64,000 nucleotides of DNA from an uncultured Arcobacter sp. (GTDB lineage Bacteria > Campylobacterota > Campylobacteria > Campylobacterales > Arcobacteraceae), in contig OZ223300.1 of assembly GCA_965140705.1 (NCBI GenBank), forward strand, positions 1,376,001 to 1,440,000. The letters are read 5' to 3'. The notes under the pieces were generated by a model. That model was not told the DNA's origin and ran no database searches. It was given only the letters and a program-made list of their open reading frames with translations. Of this stretch, positions 63,314-64,000 are shown in pieces. Position numbers and translations under genes: made by a program. Position 1 is the stretch's first letter. Every line of letters begins with the position of its first letter.

Positions 63314-63409
63314 GTGAACCTATCCAAATCCCTCTACACAAAAGGCATCCAATGCCCCAAAGCACTTTGGCTTAAAAAAAATAAAAAAAGGTTTAAATAT
63401 GATAGATGA
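63314..63409 (+). pseudogene. Short 5' remnant of a DUF2779-type gene
   Basis: MNLSKSLYTKGIQCPKALWLKK; 62 of 66 nt identical to 51540-51605. Confidence 0.85.
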
Positions 63410-64000
63410 AAAAAAGATATATTCTTTAGATGAGATAATAAAATATGTATCTGAATTGGAAATTGAGGATGATATTAAGTTATTTTTTAGAGGTGAAAAA
63501 AAAATTTATGAAAATTCAGAATTATGTCCATTAATTTATAGAAAAAATAAAAAATCTGAAAAAAGAAACTATATAAAAAAAGAAGACTATATTTTTAGAG
63601 AAACTCAAAGATTTAATGAACATGAATTTTCTGATGATAAAACTACTTTTGATAGTTTAAGTAGGTTACAGCATTATTCAGCACCAACTAGACTTTTAGA
63701 TATAAGCGAGGACTTGTTTAGTGCAATTTATTTTGCGATTGCAGAAATAGATGCTGATGATACTAAAGAAGAAAAATATGCAGTTATTTATGTATTTGAA
63801 ATAAAAGAAAAAAAATTGAAATATTATGATTCTGATACAGTATCTGTTATATCTAATTTAGCCAAAATCCCATTATTAGGAGATATAAAGTCCAAAAGGA
63901 AATTACTTAGTGATGTAAATCGGTATAGAAATAATAAAAAAGAGTTCAATAAAAAGAATAGTGTCAAATATTTGTTACATGAAATAAGGGAAGAAAAACC
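63399..64000 (+). CDS. FRG domain protein (runs off window end; missed by ORF track)
   Basis: Hand translation LFFRGE..L.P.IYR..LQHYSAPTRLLDIS....AIYFA..KYYDSD.VS...NLAK. Confidence 0.9.
   Translation, partial: MIDEKKIYSLDEIIKYVSELEIEDDIKLFFRGEKKIYENSELCPLIYRKNKKSEKRNYIKKEDYIFRETQRFNEHEFSDDKTTFDSLSRLQHYSAPTRLLDISEDLFSAIYFAIAEIDADDTKEEKYAVIYVFEIKEKKLKYYDSDTVSVISNLAKIPLLGDIKSKRKLLSDVNRYRNNKKEFNKKNSVKYLLHEIREEK

Overview
AT-rich Campylobacterota (Arcobacter-like) chromosomal window. It opens with the end of the ribosomal alpha operon (rpmJ-rpsM-rpsK-rpsD-rpoA-rplQ), followed by gatA, guaB, ordinary metabolic and transport genes, metX-xseB and carB. Four accessory regions interrupt this backbone. 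(1) After guaB: an ERIC-like palindromic element, a GIY-YIG gene and mazEF. (2) Between xseB and thiF: radC, an orphan PemK/MazF toxin facing a consensus antisense promoter and structured RNA, a type III R-M system, a nonsense-interrupted HTH/GIY-YIG gene and a RelE-type TA pair. (3) An 8.7-kb integrase-less island in tRNA-Glu (45-bp att repeat, arm-like repeats) carrying the anti-phage STAND NTPase Avs4 and several small genes. (4) After sbcDC: a second ERIC-like element, a 900-aa RecD-like helicase and an FRG-domain gene. The most striking pattern is that Avs4 and the helicase sit in the same slot, between a 3' remnant of an E. coli-type sbcC and a 5' remnant of a DUF2779-type gene. This suggests an exchangeable defence-gene slot and makes the helicase a candidate anti-phage gene. 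All family calls are from motif recognition only; no database searches were run.
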